Assembly (NCBI GenBank): GCA_965219575.1
Contig: OZ244779.1
Span: 108,769 to 172,768, forward strand
Source: Candidatus Oxydemutatoraceae bacterium
GTDB taxonomy: Bacteria > Pseudomonadota > Gammaproteobacteria > Poriferisulfidales > Oxydemutatoraceae
Length of the DNA: 64,000 nucleotides
Direction of reading: 5' to 3'
The notes under the pieces are model-generated. The model was not told where the DNA came from. It made no database searches and was given only the letters and a program-made list of their open reading frames with translations. A program made the translations under genes and the position numbers. Positions 25,387 through 34,177 of this stretch are shown piece after piece. How positions within the stretch are numbered: the first letter of the stretch is position 1; each line of letters starts with the position of its first letter.

Positions 25387-26229
25387 TTGGTCAAACAACA
25401 ATGCAACGGCGTGGGCTTAGGTCTACGACCGTTGCATTTGACCGAAGTGATGCGGGAAAATCCTGCCGTGCCGTGGTTTGAAGTGCATATCTGTAACTTC
25501 TTGAACCAAGGCCTTAATCACACCCAACTCTACCGAATACGCCAAGACTATCCGCTCAGTTTTCACGGTGTTAACCTGAATCTCGGCGGCAACGATCCGC
25601 TGGACTACGATTATTTGCGCAAACTCAAACAAGCGGTCGATCTATACGAACCTGCGCTAATCTCCGAGCATGCCTGCTTCACGACACATCAAGATCATTA
25701 TTTCCACGACCTGATGCCCATACCTTATACGCCGGAAGCGGTTGCGAACATGACCCAACGCATCATGACGGTGCAGGATATACTCGAACGGGAAATCCTC
25801 ATAGAAAATGTCTCCCGTTATTTTAGCTACGAGGAGAGCGCATTGAGCGAGGGCGAGTTCTTGGCGGCGGTCTGCATCGAAGCAAAGTGTGGTTTGCTAC
25901 TTGATTTGAACAATGCCTATGTCAATCAACGCAACCTGAATGAAAACTTGGATGACTTCATAGCCCAATTACCGATAGCAAAAGTAAAGGAAATTCATCT
26001 GGCGGGCTACAGCGAATACGAAGATATACTGGTTGATACGCATAGTGCGATGGTATCCGACGATGTCTGGAAATGTTACAGACAATTTTGCACCCATCAC
26101 CATGACATCCCTTGCTTGATTGAATGGGATAGTAATTTGCCGTCCTTCGCAGTATTGATGGAACAACGCTTGATTGCTCAGCAGATTATCGACCAAAGTG
26201 AGACTCAACCCAGAGCCTCGCTCAGTTGA
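25387..26229 (+). CDS. DUF692 multinuclear non-heme iron oxidase (MNIO)
   Basis: GVGLGLR, ISEH, HDLMP, ENVS, LLDLNN, EIHLAG, DTH and EWD motifs; TTG start inferred. Confidence 0.92.
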   Translation: MVKQQCNGVGLGLRPLHLTEVMRENPAVPWFEVHICNFLNQGLNHTQLYRIRQDYPLSFHGVNLNLGGNDPLDYDYLRKLKQAVDLYEPALISEHACFTTHQDHYFHDLMPIPYTPEAVANMTQRIMTVQDILEREILIENVSRYFSYEESALSEGEFLAAVCIEAKCGLLLDLNNAYVNQRNLNENLDDFIAQLPIAKVKEIHLAGYSEYEDILVDTHSAMVSDDVWKCYRQFCTHHHDIPCLIEWDSNLPSFAVLMEQRLIAQQIIDQSETQPRASLS

Positions 26230-26783
26230 ATAAAGCGCGTCAACCGATAGGCTATGCGGAGTCCTTGCGGAATTTCTGCGATGCCGTCCTCAACGATAAT
26301 AAAAAGGTTGCCGTCTATAGCAATAATTATCGCGGTGCGCATCGTCGCGCCCTTCAAAATATCTATCTGACCGTGCAGCACTACCTAGACGCAAATATAT
26401 TTTCCGCATTAGCCCTCGTTTATGCGCAACACTATCCGCCGACACACTGGGATCTGAATATCTACGGAGAAGATTTCGCGGAACTACTCGCCGCACAAAC
26501 ACAAAGCGTTAAAGCAAAGGAAGCCGACTGGGCATTGCTCGCAACGCTCGCCCGTATAGAATACGCAATTAGCCGTGTCTACTACGGCTATACCGAGCAA
26601 TACGAACAAATACCGCCACATCCCCAAGCGATAAACGGCACAGACTTCGTCTCTCAATTACAAAAGCAACACCCTTATACGAAGATTGCAGACAACTTAG
26701 ACATCAACCGAACCATGAGAGTGCTACAACCGCAAACCGACTCAAAGATATACATAGATAACGGCTCAACCTGCGAGCCTTGA
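26226..26783 (+). CDS. DUF2063 (RRE-like) MNIO partner protein, short form
   Basis: VYSNNY..AL...YP-type motif, YGEDFAE and LARIEYA; overlaps the DUF692 stop. Confidence 0.75.
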   Translation: MNKARQPIGYAESLRNFCDAVLNDNKKVAVYSNNYRGAHRRALQNIYLTVQHYLDANIFSALALVYAQHYPPTHWDLNIYGEDFAELLAAQTQSVKAKEADWALLATLARIEYAISRVYYGYTEQYEQIPPHPQAINGTDFVSQLQKQHPYTKIADNLDINRTMRVLQPQTDSKIYIDNGSTCEP

Positions 26784-26828
26784 ACCGCAGGGAAGCATAA
26801 TTCCCCTTCTGTGAAAGGGCAGACGCAG

Positions 26829-27687
26829 CATGGGGCTGTTGAAAAAGTGCGGACATCGCACAACACCAACCGCCCTGCGCCATAAATATTTGTAAACCAA
26901 CCGTAGGGGCGGACTTATATGTCCGCCCGAAACCGTATCATGTTTGCACGATTAACGCGTTTACCCATTAATATTATGGAAACCATTATTTGTTGGCGCA
27001 AAGCGGTTAGGTTTGTGCATGACGTTAGTTAAGGGCAGACACACAGGTCTGCCCCTACGGCTTGGTGGTTATTGTAAATTTAGGCGCAAGCGGTTACGAT
27101 TGTGCAACGATATTTTTTCAACAGTCCCACATGGGGCTGTTGAAAAAGTGCGGACATCGCACAACACCAACCGCCCTGCGCCATAAATATTTGTAAACCA
27201 ACCGTAGGGGCGGACTTATATGTCCGCCCGAAACCGTATCATGTTTGCACGATTAACGCGTTTACCCATTAATATTATGGAAACCATTATTTGTTGGCGC
27301 AAAGCGGTTAGGTTTGTGCATGACGTTAGTTAAGGGCAGACACACAGGTCTGCCCCTACGGCTTGGTGGTTATTGTAAATTTAGGCGCAAGCGGTTACGA
27401 TTGTGCAACGATATTTTTTCAACAGTCCCACATGGGGCTGTTGAAAAAGTATCCACGAACCGTAGGGGCGGACTAACATGTCCGCCCGTAACGCGTTGGT
27501 CGGCACGATTTATACATTCATCCATTCAATTTATGGAAACCAAAACCAAATGGCGCAAGTGGTTGGTGTCGTGCAGAACGGTACTTAAGGGCAGACATAC
27601 AGGTCTGCCCCTACGGCTTGGTGGTTATTATAAATTCACGGCGCAAGCGGTTACGGTTGCAAGCTGACGATACTTTTTCAACAGCCC
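26829..27687. repeat. Tandem array of three composite repeat units
   Basis: Units start at 26829, 27130 and 27431. The first two appear identical (301-bp period); the third is the commoner variant. Confidence 0.9.
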
Positions 27688-27786
27688 GACATTTCTACTT
27701 TGGGTTGACAGGCGCGTTGTATCAGCACAAATAATATCGTTTGTCCATTGAATTACGAAACCCCCACCTTCAATATTAACGCCCCG

Positions 27787-29037
27787 TTACTCGGCAATAC
27801 TTTTAATCCTCTTTTCAATTAGAGCCATGTTAGCTTTCCCTACACCGAATTCGGCGGCAAGACTGCGCCAACGACCCAGTGCGGTTCGGGTTTGTTCAAT
27901 CGCTGCGTCTATGGTGGATTGCGGTAATTTTGCCTCCAGCCCTAGTTTGATTAAATGGCTTAGTGACGGACTTTTGCCTTCGCCCATCACCGTAGTACTT
28001 TGCTCTCCGTTCGGTCCGGAAGAGAATGTCAAATCATACGCCGGTGATAATCGCCATTCGCCGGTTGCATCCATCAAAAAACTAAAATTCTTTGAATGGT
28101 CGTCTCGGTTATGTGCCAAAACATTAAACACGGCAAGTCTAAACATTTTCTCCACTTCCCTGATATCGTGCGTGAGTATCATTGTAAGAGCCAGCAAATC
28201 TTCGTAATCAAGTGAAGGTGTTCTAAAATCGGAATGCAATAGACCACAAACACTATGGCAATGAAGCCGCCGGTGCCTCTCTCTATCAAAACGTTGGGTT
28301 GCAAAATAGCCTGCACCCCTTTGCGCAGGAAAGAGATACGTCTTTGTCATTTCAAGCCCGGCATCCACAGCCATTAAAGCATAAACATACTCAATCGCTC
28401 CGGCATCAAGCCCATCGCCGATACTCGGAAACTTCACAAGCCACGCTTCAAATCCATCGCGTAAAGGATGTGTGTCATAGATAACACGCCTACTATCGTC
28501 AACACTAATCATTGCTTTGGGGCGCGCGCCTGCCGCCGAGCTATTTAGAGTTAACAATTCCTGTAGCACCTCATCGTCAGTGGCCTTGCCCTCTAAAATG
28601 TCTGCCGCATGGGTTGCCAATCGGTTCAAATCGAGTTCACCTCTAATCACTTTCCTATTTTGTTCAGGCTCATACACCAAAGCACCCATCTCGATATGAC
28701 CGACATAGGCAAGCCGGTCTAGGGGTGTCAGCTCGCTTGGCAAAATACCATTCATGCGTGCCTGCCGATCCAACAATAACCGCCCCCAGCCGTCGGATAG
28801 ACTATCGTTGAATATTCCGGGCAAGCCCTCAAACACAGAACTATCAAAGGTTTGAATACCGGGATGCAAAGGACACTTCAGCGGAGAAATCTCCAAACCG
28901 CGCTTTAGAAAAGTGCCGTCGTATTCAAAATGAATTTGCCCATCGTGCAGAACCAATCGCCCGACCGGCAAAACCTCATCGCCAAAGACTATGCCTATTT
29001 TGATTTGATTGACCAATACTTCTTTCATGTACGCCAA
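27787..29037 (-). CDS. hipA: HipA family toxin kinase
   Basis: Couple_hipA-like N-terminus (DSLSDGWG), AGARPKA, WLVKF, NRDDHSKNFS and LSPAYDL. Confidence 0.9.
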   Translation of the reverse strand: MAYMKEVLVNQIKIGIVFGDEVLPVGRLVLHDGQIHFEYDGTFLKRGLEISPLKCPLHPGIQTFDSSVFEGLPGIFNDSLSDGWGRLLLDRQARMNGILPSELTPLDRLAYVGHIEMGALVYEPEQNRKVIRGELDLNRLATHAADILEGKATDDEVLQELLTLNSSAAGARPKAMISVDDSRRVIYDTHPLRDGFEAWLVKFPSIGDGLDAGAIEYVYALMAVDAGLEMTKTYLFPAQRGAGYFATQRFDRERHRRLHCHSVCGLLHSDFRTPSLDYEDLLALTMILTHDIREVEKMFRLAVFNVLAHNRDDHSKNFSFLMDATGEWRLSPAYDLTFSSGPNGEQSTTVMGEGKSPSLSHLIKLGLEAKLPQSTIDAAIEQTRTALGRWRSLAAEFGVGKANMALIEKRIKSIAE

Positions 29038-29076
29038 CCCCTTTTAGGCGTTTTTTGTTAACACTTAAAATCTCGT

Positions 29077-29739
29077 CTATATCTTATGATCTGATGAGTA
29101 AATATCGGAAATATTTGTGATTGACTTATCCCAAAGAGAAAAAGTCATTATTTCCTTTTGAAAAATGATGGTGCCGATCTTTAATTTCTCTTGAGGATTA
29201 TTGATTATTTTGGATAGGTATTCTTCCGGATAATTAAACGACCAATTAACCTCTTTATTTTGATCTCTATAACCACTACAAATAGGCACTATTCTAATCG
29301 TAGACTCGAACCTCAAATCTTTGGTATAGTCAAGCAGTAATGCAACATAAACCTTGTCATTTTTCAATGTGATATAGACAATTTCATTTTTCCACAGATA
29401 GCAACATTCGTGGAATGGATCAAGAGACGATTTACTAATGTTACTGATATAAGCAGCTAAACGACCTAGAGTCATCGCAAGCAGTATTGAACAAACTAAT
29501 TCCGTAGAAAACCTTATGAAACCACATTTCCTATCCGAGTCCGAAAAGCACTTAAATGATTCACTAACAGGTGAAATCTCAAAAATATAATAGCTAGGCA
29601 TGGCAAAAATTACTACTGCGAAAAGATATGCCCAACCTTCTGCCCGAGGACGGGTTGTATACAACCACCGGTTATAAACCCAGAGGCCTACGATGCCCGA
29701 TATAATCGCAAAAAGATTATTTATGTTTATATCCGGCAT
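29077..29739 (-). CDS. Hypothetical membrane protein (3 TM + cytoplasmic beta domain)
   Basis: AT-rich 220-aa ORF; ITLKNDKVYV..VPICSGYRD segment. Confidence 0.7.
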   Translation of the reverse strand: MPDININNLFAIISGIVGLWVYNRWLYTTRPRAEGWAYLFAVVIFAMPSYYIFEISPVSESFKCFSDSDRKCGFIRFSTELVCSILLAMTLGRLAAYISNISKSSLDPFHECCYLWKNEIVYITLKNDKVYVALLLDYTKDLRFESTIRIVPICSGYRDQNKEVNWSFNYPEEYLSKIINNPQEKLKIGTIIFQKEIMTFSLWDKSITNISDIYSSDHKI

Positions 29740-29797
29740 GCGAAAACTAATTTGTACTCAATAATTCCCGCTTTACTGTCTTAGGGATGGTAGGTAT

Positions 29798-29992
29798 CTA
29801 TTGCTCTGATGAGTTGTTTTTCCGAGACATCTTTGATTTAACTACTTCCTGTACTTCCCTTATCTTGTCCATATTGTCCCGAATAATAATGCCTGGGTTA
29901 GGGGGTCTCTCGCCATAAGTTCCCTTAGGCCAAATAAGGTTCTCAATTATTTCTTTATAATTTCTTTTGCTTGATTTAGTAGCCACAATCAA
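29798..29992 (-). CDS. Small hypothetical protein
   Basis: AAGGAG RBS before a TTG start; co-oriented with 29077 and hipA. Confidence 0.5.
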   Translation of the reverse strand: MIVATKSSKRNYKEIIENLIWPKGTYGERPPNPGIIIRDNMDKIREVQEVVKSKMSRKNNSSEQ

Positions 29993-30221
29993 CTCCTTTT
30001 TTCATACATTGAGTAAGCATTTTGTAATACCATAAAAACAATTAGAATCTAGTTCCTCTTGATATTTCAATCTATAAGGCTAAATATAAATATCATAATT
30101 AGTATATAGCAATACCGGCATTTTACCAATTTATACCCGAGCGGGATGCTAGATACTTCTAACCTAAAGTTTAGATGTTCCTGACTTACCATATTATCCT
30201 CTTGGAACTTTCTTAATAGAC

Positions 30222-30249
30222 TTGACAATCCTTATAGACCCCATATAAT
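30222..30249 (+). promoter_or_regulatory. Sigma70 promoter
   Basis: TTGACA-16 bp-TATAAT upstream of 30301. Confidence 0.75.
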
Positions 30250-30300
30250 TCATATTATAAAAATAAAATCGTCAACATTTTTTAACGAAGGAGATAGATT

Positions 30301-31011
30301 ATGGAAAAAAAGAATTTAACCGAATTGATTGAAAGAGACAAACAGAATCCTACAATAGGTACTATGAGAGAAATATGTCGTCAATATCCATTTCAGAGGG
30401 GGAAAGCGTATAAACTCAAGGATATAATAGATAGAATTCATGAATATATAAAACTGAAAACTGGCTTTACTATTGATAAAAATAAAATACGGATGCGCCT
30501 TAAAAAGATTGTTAAAGAAAAAGACTTTTTTGAAAGCGATAATACATTACCCGATGTTAAAGGCTATTATAAATATGCTGGGCATATAAATGAAGATAGT
30601 ACTTCTCAACCTCAACAAGAAGTCAGTAATGACAATTTCAGTAAAAATATAAAGGCAGAAGAAACACATGGATATGGAGAATATAGGGTGTACGCATGGT
30701 GTCTCCCATTGTATCGAGAACATTCAAATAGTGAAGGTCGTTACCGAGTCAAAATTGGTATGACTAAAAGTCTCGTAGGAAGGCAACAAGATGTTCAAGC
30801 AAACCTACCCGAAAAACAAATGTTTTTAGCAGAATTCCGTTGCTCTAGCCAATCAGACGCACAGGAACTTGAGAAGGCTTTTCATACTATATTTAAGAAA
30901 TGGAAAATTAAAGATATCCCTGGACAAGAGTGGTTTTTAACTAGTAAAGAAGAGATTATCAAAACGTATGATCGCTACTTTGCCCCAATTCCTAACCCTG
31001 TGAAGAGCTGA
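30301..31011 (+). CDS. T5orf172/MUG113-like (GIY-YIG superfamily) protein
   Basis: VYAW...VKIGMT..R...LEKAFH...GQEWF signature; AAGGAG RBS. Confidence 0.75.
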   Translation: MEKKNLTELIERDKQNPTIGTMREICRQYPFQRGKAYKLKDIIDRIHEYIKLKTGFTIDKNKIRMRLKKIVKEKDFFESDNTLPDVKGYYKYAGHINEDSTSQPQQEVSNDNFSKNIKAEETHGYGEYRVYAWCLPLYREHSNSEGRYRVKIGMTKSLVGRQQDVQANLPEKQMFLAEFRCSSQSDAQELEKAFHTIFKKWKIKDIPGQEWFLTSKEEIIKTYDRYFAPIPNPVKS

Positions 31012-31142
31012 TCTCTAGCCTTCGCAACGCCCTGTCCGCTCTGTGCGGAGAATAGCTGTGCCGATGCATGATAATCGGTTAATGTTGCCGATGTTTTTTG
31101 CAGGCATCGTGCCACCTCGCTGCGTTTTAGCTTGTCGGTTTT
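30983..31142 (-). pseudogene. Duplicated 3' fragment of engB (direct repeat of 37144-37303)
   Basis: 160 bp, collinear with the engB end, about 17 mismatches by eye; encodes KTDKLKRSEVARC...LGIG. Confidence 0.9.
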
Positions 31143-31192
31143 CGCAATAGCCCGGCAAGCTACCGCGCCTTGCACACCCTTTGCCGAATTCC

Positions 31193-34177
31193 CTAGCCTT
31201 CAAAAATTTTATCTATCTCGTCCGTCCAGTATTTTTCATACGCTTCCGCCGGAAACCTCTCGGGATTAAACATTAAAAGTTTGGTAGTTATCTCCCATTT
31301 TTTAAGGTAGCTAAATGATTTCGGGGTTTCTATCGGTCCGAATAATTTCTTATAGCCGTCTATTTTGTGATAAGCATTTGTGTGTGCCGTCCCTTTGGGA
31401 TCAACAAACACAATTTGATATTTATTGCCTTTGCACATCCAGAAAATAAAATCCGGGAAAAAGCGGCTATGGGAATTTGACTCACTGAAATACGGTATAT
31501 AAATCTTGTCTAAGGATTCATCTACTTTACTAAACATCCATGCGTCCCACATACCATTGTTGTTTGTCGCAGTCCATTTTTCCAATCTATCGATAAACTC
31601 AACCTCGCTTTTTACTTTTATAATATGTTTTATATAATCCGCCCGTTCATATCCCAGCACAACCGGCAGATAATAATGATTAGAAATCTGTTTGATATGC
31701 AATTTGCCGTTTTGAAAGTCGTCGTATTCGTCCTTTTCTTGTCCTGCAAGTTTCACCCGTAGCTCCTCGCGAGTAATCACCCCTTTCTTAAATTCTTCGA
31801 ACAACTGATGCAGATTCTCGTCAAGTGTTCTGCCTGCCTTGACTGCATTTATTCTCTCTTGCAATTCTCTGGCTTTTGCCGCTTCTACGCAAATTTTTCG
31901 GAAATGGACGATATCTTCCTCCTCTTTAATCTTTCTAACTCCGTCGGTTTCTTGCACTTTTTCGTCAATGTGGGATAAAAGCCTCTTTTGTAGAAAAAAT
32001 AATTGATCGTAGTCCTTGCTTTCATTAATTTCTATACTGTCTTCTTGTTTAATCACAGCTTCCAGTTTAGAAAGTTGCGGTGCTGTTAATCTATCCCGGA
32101 CAATCAATACCGAACTTGAAGTTTGATCAAACCATTGTCTAAATCTTTTTAATGTATTCTTGCTCATTCTGAACTTCGGCAATTCCTCCACATCTGGAGT
32201 CATTTCCCAATATTCAGGAACCAATAACGGCATCTCAATGTCGGCATCGCTGATTTTCGGTCTCGGTGCCGGTTCAAATCCTTCTAACAATTCAAAAGAC
32301 GCTCCCTCCTCGGTTTGCAATCCCTCCAGAACAGCAATGATTGCTTTGCGATTGGTAGCAAACAAAAACAATGTTTCAATCGGCATCACCTCATTGGCGC
32401 ACACTTCCAGCTTGTTTTTGATGCCTTCCTCTAAGTCGGGAGACAGAAGTAATTGTTCCAAACGCCTACGCTTGCCGGACAACGGCTGAATACGCACACC
32501 GCGACCGACCGACTGCACAACAAATTTCTTGGCATCCGTGCCTCCGATATTGATGAAGTTGATTATGTTCGGACGGTTAGAATCCCAGCTTTCAAAAAAT
32601 GAGCGAGAACCCATCAGGATAGTAATAGGTTTTTTCTCTAAACTCTCAAAAAAAGATGTCTCTTGTAAAGTAGTCGTTTCCTCATAGCCGGCTAAAAATC
32701 TATTACGCCACTTAGATGTGTCTCCTATGCGTATCAGCGCAAACGGGAAGTCTGCATTTTTCATCTGAAATGCCAATTCTTTGTTATCTTTACTACGCAC
32801 ATACTGCAATGTACCTTTCCTTGATTTGAGAAACACCATTTTTCTTAACTTGGAGATAGTCATTGTTTTAATGGCTTCTCGGCTGTCGCCGATAATGGCT
32901 TTGCCGTCTGCTCCGAAAATCAGCTTGGCTTCTTGCCAATCGCCGATCAGTTCGGCTCTCGCCTCTGCAAAAAGCCCCTGATCAATTTCGCCGGTGGCAA
33001 TATCTCGCAAAGTCTCAAAAAATGTCCATAAATCGTTTTGCTCTCTATCAATGTCCGTATTAACCGAATTGACCAAGGTCAACATCAACGGCGAATGATA
33101 CAGGTTGTCTCCCAAGCCGGTATCGTCACGCAATTTATGTACCCTCTCGGAAACATACGCCAGTGTGATTAGCGATTTCAAAACAATTTTTCGTCTCTCC
33201 TTAGAACTGATCTCTTCCCTTCTGTCTCTAAACGCGGAATACTCGCTTTTGTTCAGATAGATGTTTTTCCCGTGTCCGTTTTTTATAAACTCCTCCAAAT
33301 TGTATTTCTTAACCGTTGTAGCAATATCTTCTTTATCGGTAAAAGTTGCCGAAAAATTAAAGAGAAACCCTGCCCGTGCCATCACCGCATAATACGCTTG
33401 ACGCTTAGAATCTTCTTTGGTGCCTTTATGTGCTTCGTCCAGAAAGATAAACCATTTACCGTCATTTTGATACTCTCGGTAATCGGTCAGAGCCTCTTTC
33501 TGTACATCGGCAATGTTATCGCTACGATGATAATACACCGGAATCATATCGCCTAATTGTCCTTGATATTGGAGATCGCTCTTGCGTAGGTCTATTAAGT
33601 TGATGGTTAAATCACGCGATTGATTAAACTCGTCTATCGTGTGCCTGATTTGTCTGAGTAAATGAGGACTCGGGGCAAGTATCAACATGCGGTGGTTCGG
33701 GATTTCTTTATGTCGTTGTAAAAAATGCAGATACTCTATCAGTTTAATCATCACCAAAGTTTTACCGCTTCCGGTTGCCATCCAAAAGCACATTCGGTTA
33801 ATCAAATGATGATACGAAATAAAATCTCCGTTAGGTTCAATATACTCGGATAAAATACGAAAAACTTCATTTTGTTTATCGTATTTTTTGTCGTTGCGTC
33901 TCTCATATTTAGGTATATCGGAAAACTGCGAGGCAAGATATGAACTAAAAAAAAGATGTTTGCGCCGGTCGTTTGTTTGTTGCAATTCACCGTCTGCCCA
34001 ATCACATTCGCCACCGTAATACTTAAAAAGTGCACACGCAGCCTTTTCCATAGCCGAACGTTGATAGTCGTATAGCTTTTTACTTTCCGAAAATGTGTAA
34101 ATATCCGGCACCCACCAAGTTTCCGGCAATTCGGCATAATTGAAGGATTGGACTATGGATTCAAGGCTGGCGGTCAT
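31193..34177 (-). CDS. res: Type III restriction enzyme Res subunit
   Basis: FWMATGSGKT, DEAHKG, QSVGRGVR and C-terminal FPDF..FVDPKG; overlaps mod. Confidence 0.9.
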   Translation of the reverse strand: MTASLESIVQSFNYAELPETWWVPDIYTFSESKKLYDYQRSAMEKAACALFKYYGGECDWADGELQQTNDRRKHLFFSSYLASQFSDIPKYERRNDKKYDKQNEVFRILSEYIEPNGDFISYHHLINRMCFWMATGSGKTLVMIKLIEYLHFLQRHKEIPNHRMLILAPSPHLLRQIRHTIDEFNQSRDLTINLIDLRKSDLQYQGQLGDMIPVYYHRSDNIADVQKEALTDYREYQNDGKWFIFLDEAHKGTKEDSKRQAYYAVMARAGFLFNFSATFTDKEDIATTVKKYNLEEFIKNGHGKNIYLNKSEYSAFRDRREEISSKERRKIVLKSLITLAYVSERVHKLRDDTGLGDNLYHSPLMLTLVNSVNTDIDREQNDLWTFFETLRDIATGEIDQGLFAEARAELIGDWQEAKLIFGADGKAIIGDSREAIKTMTISKLRKMVFLKSRKGTLQYVRSKDNKELAFQMKNADFPFALIRIGDTSKWRNRFLAGYEETTTLQETSFFESLEKKPITILMGSRSFFESWDSNRPNIINFINIGGTDAKKFVVQSVGRGVRIQPLSGKRRRLEQLLLSPDLEEGIKNKLEVCANEVMPIETLFLFATNRKAIIAVLEGLQTEEGASFELLEGFEPAPRPKISDADIEMPLLVPEYWEMTPDVEELPKFRMSKNTLKRFRQWFDQTSSSVLIVRDRLTAPQLSKLEAVIKQEDSIEINESKDYDQLFFLQKRLLSHIDEKVQETDGVRKIKEEEDIVHFRKICVEAAKARELQERINAVKAGRTLDENLHQLFEEFKKGVITREELRVKLAGQEKDEYDDFQNGKLHIKQISNHYYLPVVLGYERADYIKHIIKVKSEVEFIDRLEKWTATNNNGMWDAWMFSKVDESLDKIYIPYFSESNSHSRFFPDFIFWMCKGNKYQIVFVDPKGTAHTNAYHKIDGYKKLFGPIETPKSFSYLKKWEITTKLLMFNPERFPAEAYEKYWTDEIDKIFEG

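Noticed and set aside
26829-27687. Possible CRISPR array
   Set aside because: Units are 256-301 bp with conserved interiors, there are no unique spacers, and no cas genes are present.
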